Source of the DNA: a candidate division WOR-3 bacterium
Lineage (GTDB): Bacteria; Hydrothermota; Tepidihabitantia; B3-TA06
DNA length: 64,000 bases
NCBI GenBank assembly: GCA_965649265.1
Contig: CBFGKC010000007.1
Span: 70,182-134,181 of the forward strand
Reading direction: 5' to 3'
Shown here: piece after piece, positions 63,642-64,000 of the stretch
How positions within the stretch are numbered: the first letter of the stretch is position 1
Layout: each line of letters starts with the position of its first letter
Program-made: the position numbers and the translations under genes
The notes under the pieces: model-generated
What the model saw: the letters and a program-made list of their open reading frames with translations, nothing else
What the model was told of the DNA's origin: nothing
Database searches by the model: none

Positions 63642-64000
63642 TTATTTGAGTTTGTACCCGACACCCAGGGAGACAATCGGCAGGCCGAGTTCAAAATTCT
63701 CGGAAAAAGAACTCAGGTTGACTCCGCCGAATACCGACCATCGCTCAACAGGATGCAGGGCGGTAAAAACCTCAATCAAAGGCGAACCCGACCAGGAAAT
63801 CCATATCTTTGAACCCAAAGTCAGCATCTCGTTATTTCCGAGCCCCAGAAGCGGAGTTACTGTGAACACAGGAATGTATCCTATCCCCGGTGCGGCTTCG
63901 ACCCTCAGGGCGGGCGTCACCCCCTTGAAAGGAAGCGCACCCTGCACACCCAATGCAGCTGACAGCAGCGGCGTGAATCCTGAGAAGTACGGACAAGATA
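63642..64000 (-). CDS. small outer-membrane/exported protein, paralog C (3' part only; start lies beyond the window end)
   Basis: The reading frame is open to the window edge; ...FTALHPVERWSVFGG... is homologous to paralogs A and B. Confidence 0.4.
   Translation of the reverse strand, partial: SCPYFSGFTPLLSAALGVQGALPFKGVTPALRVEAAPGIGYIPVFTVTPLLGLGNNEMLTLGSKIWISWSGSPLIEVFTALHPVERWSVFGGVNLSSFSENFELGLPIVSLGVGYKLK

Overview
This is a roughly 55% GC bacterial chromosomal segment, gene-dense on both strands, with frequent 4-14 nt start/stop overlaps. All product calls rest on motif recognition in the supplied translations and in my own re-translations, not on database searches.

From left to right the window contains:
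- The N-terminal part of thiE (1..231) and an upstream PurM-superfamily gene.
- A tandem array of five paralogous secreted 'VTDN-repeat' beta-propeller-like proteins (1456..8830), each ending in a T9SS-type C-terminal sorting domain.
- thiD overlapping a membrane-anchored GltD-like Fe-S/FAD oxidoreductase, followed by an outer-membrane barrel and an exported protein.
- An N-acetyl-sugar amidotransferase, two more CTD-tailed secreted proteins, and housekeeping genes holA, leuS, a YhaM-like exoribonuclease, rsmG, nadA, cmk, plsC, rpsA, a MiaB-family methylthiotransferase, rlmN, murA, ispG, htrA and purB.
- A near-complete dcw cluster (mraZ-STAS-rsmH-ftsL-ftsI-murE-murF-mraY-murD-ftsW-murG-murC-murB-ftsA-ftsZ) with no ftsQ or ddl.
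- Three tRNAs: Arg-CCG (plus strand), and Tyr-GTA and Thr-TGT (minus strand).

The most unusual content is non-genic or accessory:
1. A dispersed repeat family built from short GTAACAC/CCCGTAACACA-type tandem units plus a roughly 110-bp conserved block. The block carries a hairpin whose three copies show compensatory base-pair changes. Related repeats occur inside coding regions, where they encode PVT/GVT peptide repeats; one has expanded a signal peptide.
2. Two visibly AT-rich islands (35033..35662 and about 41700..42800), bounded by members of a GTAGGGGCCGACC...GGTCGGCCC palindrome family.
3. At least four leaderless sigma70-type promoters.
4. A 29-codon, extremely basic ORF directly abutting tRNA-Arg.

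No CRISPR array, rRNA, transposase or integrase is recognisable.
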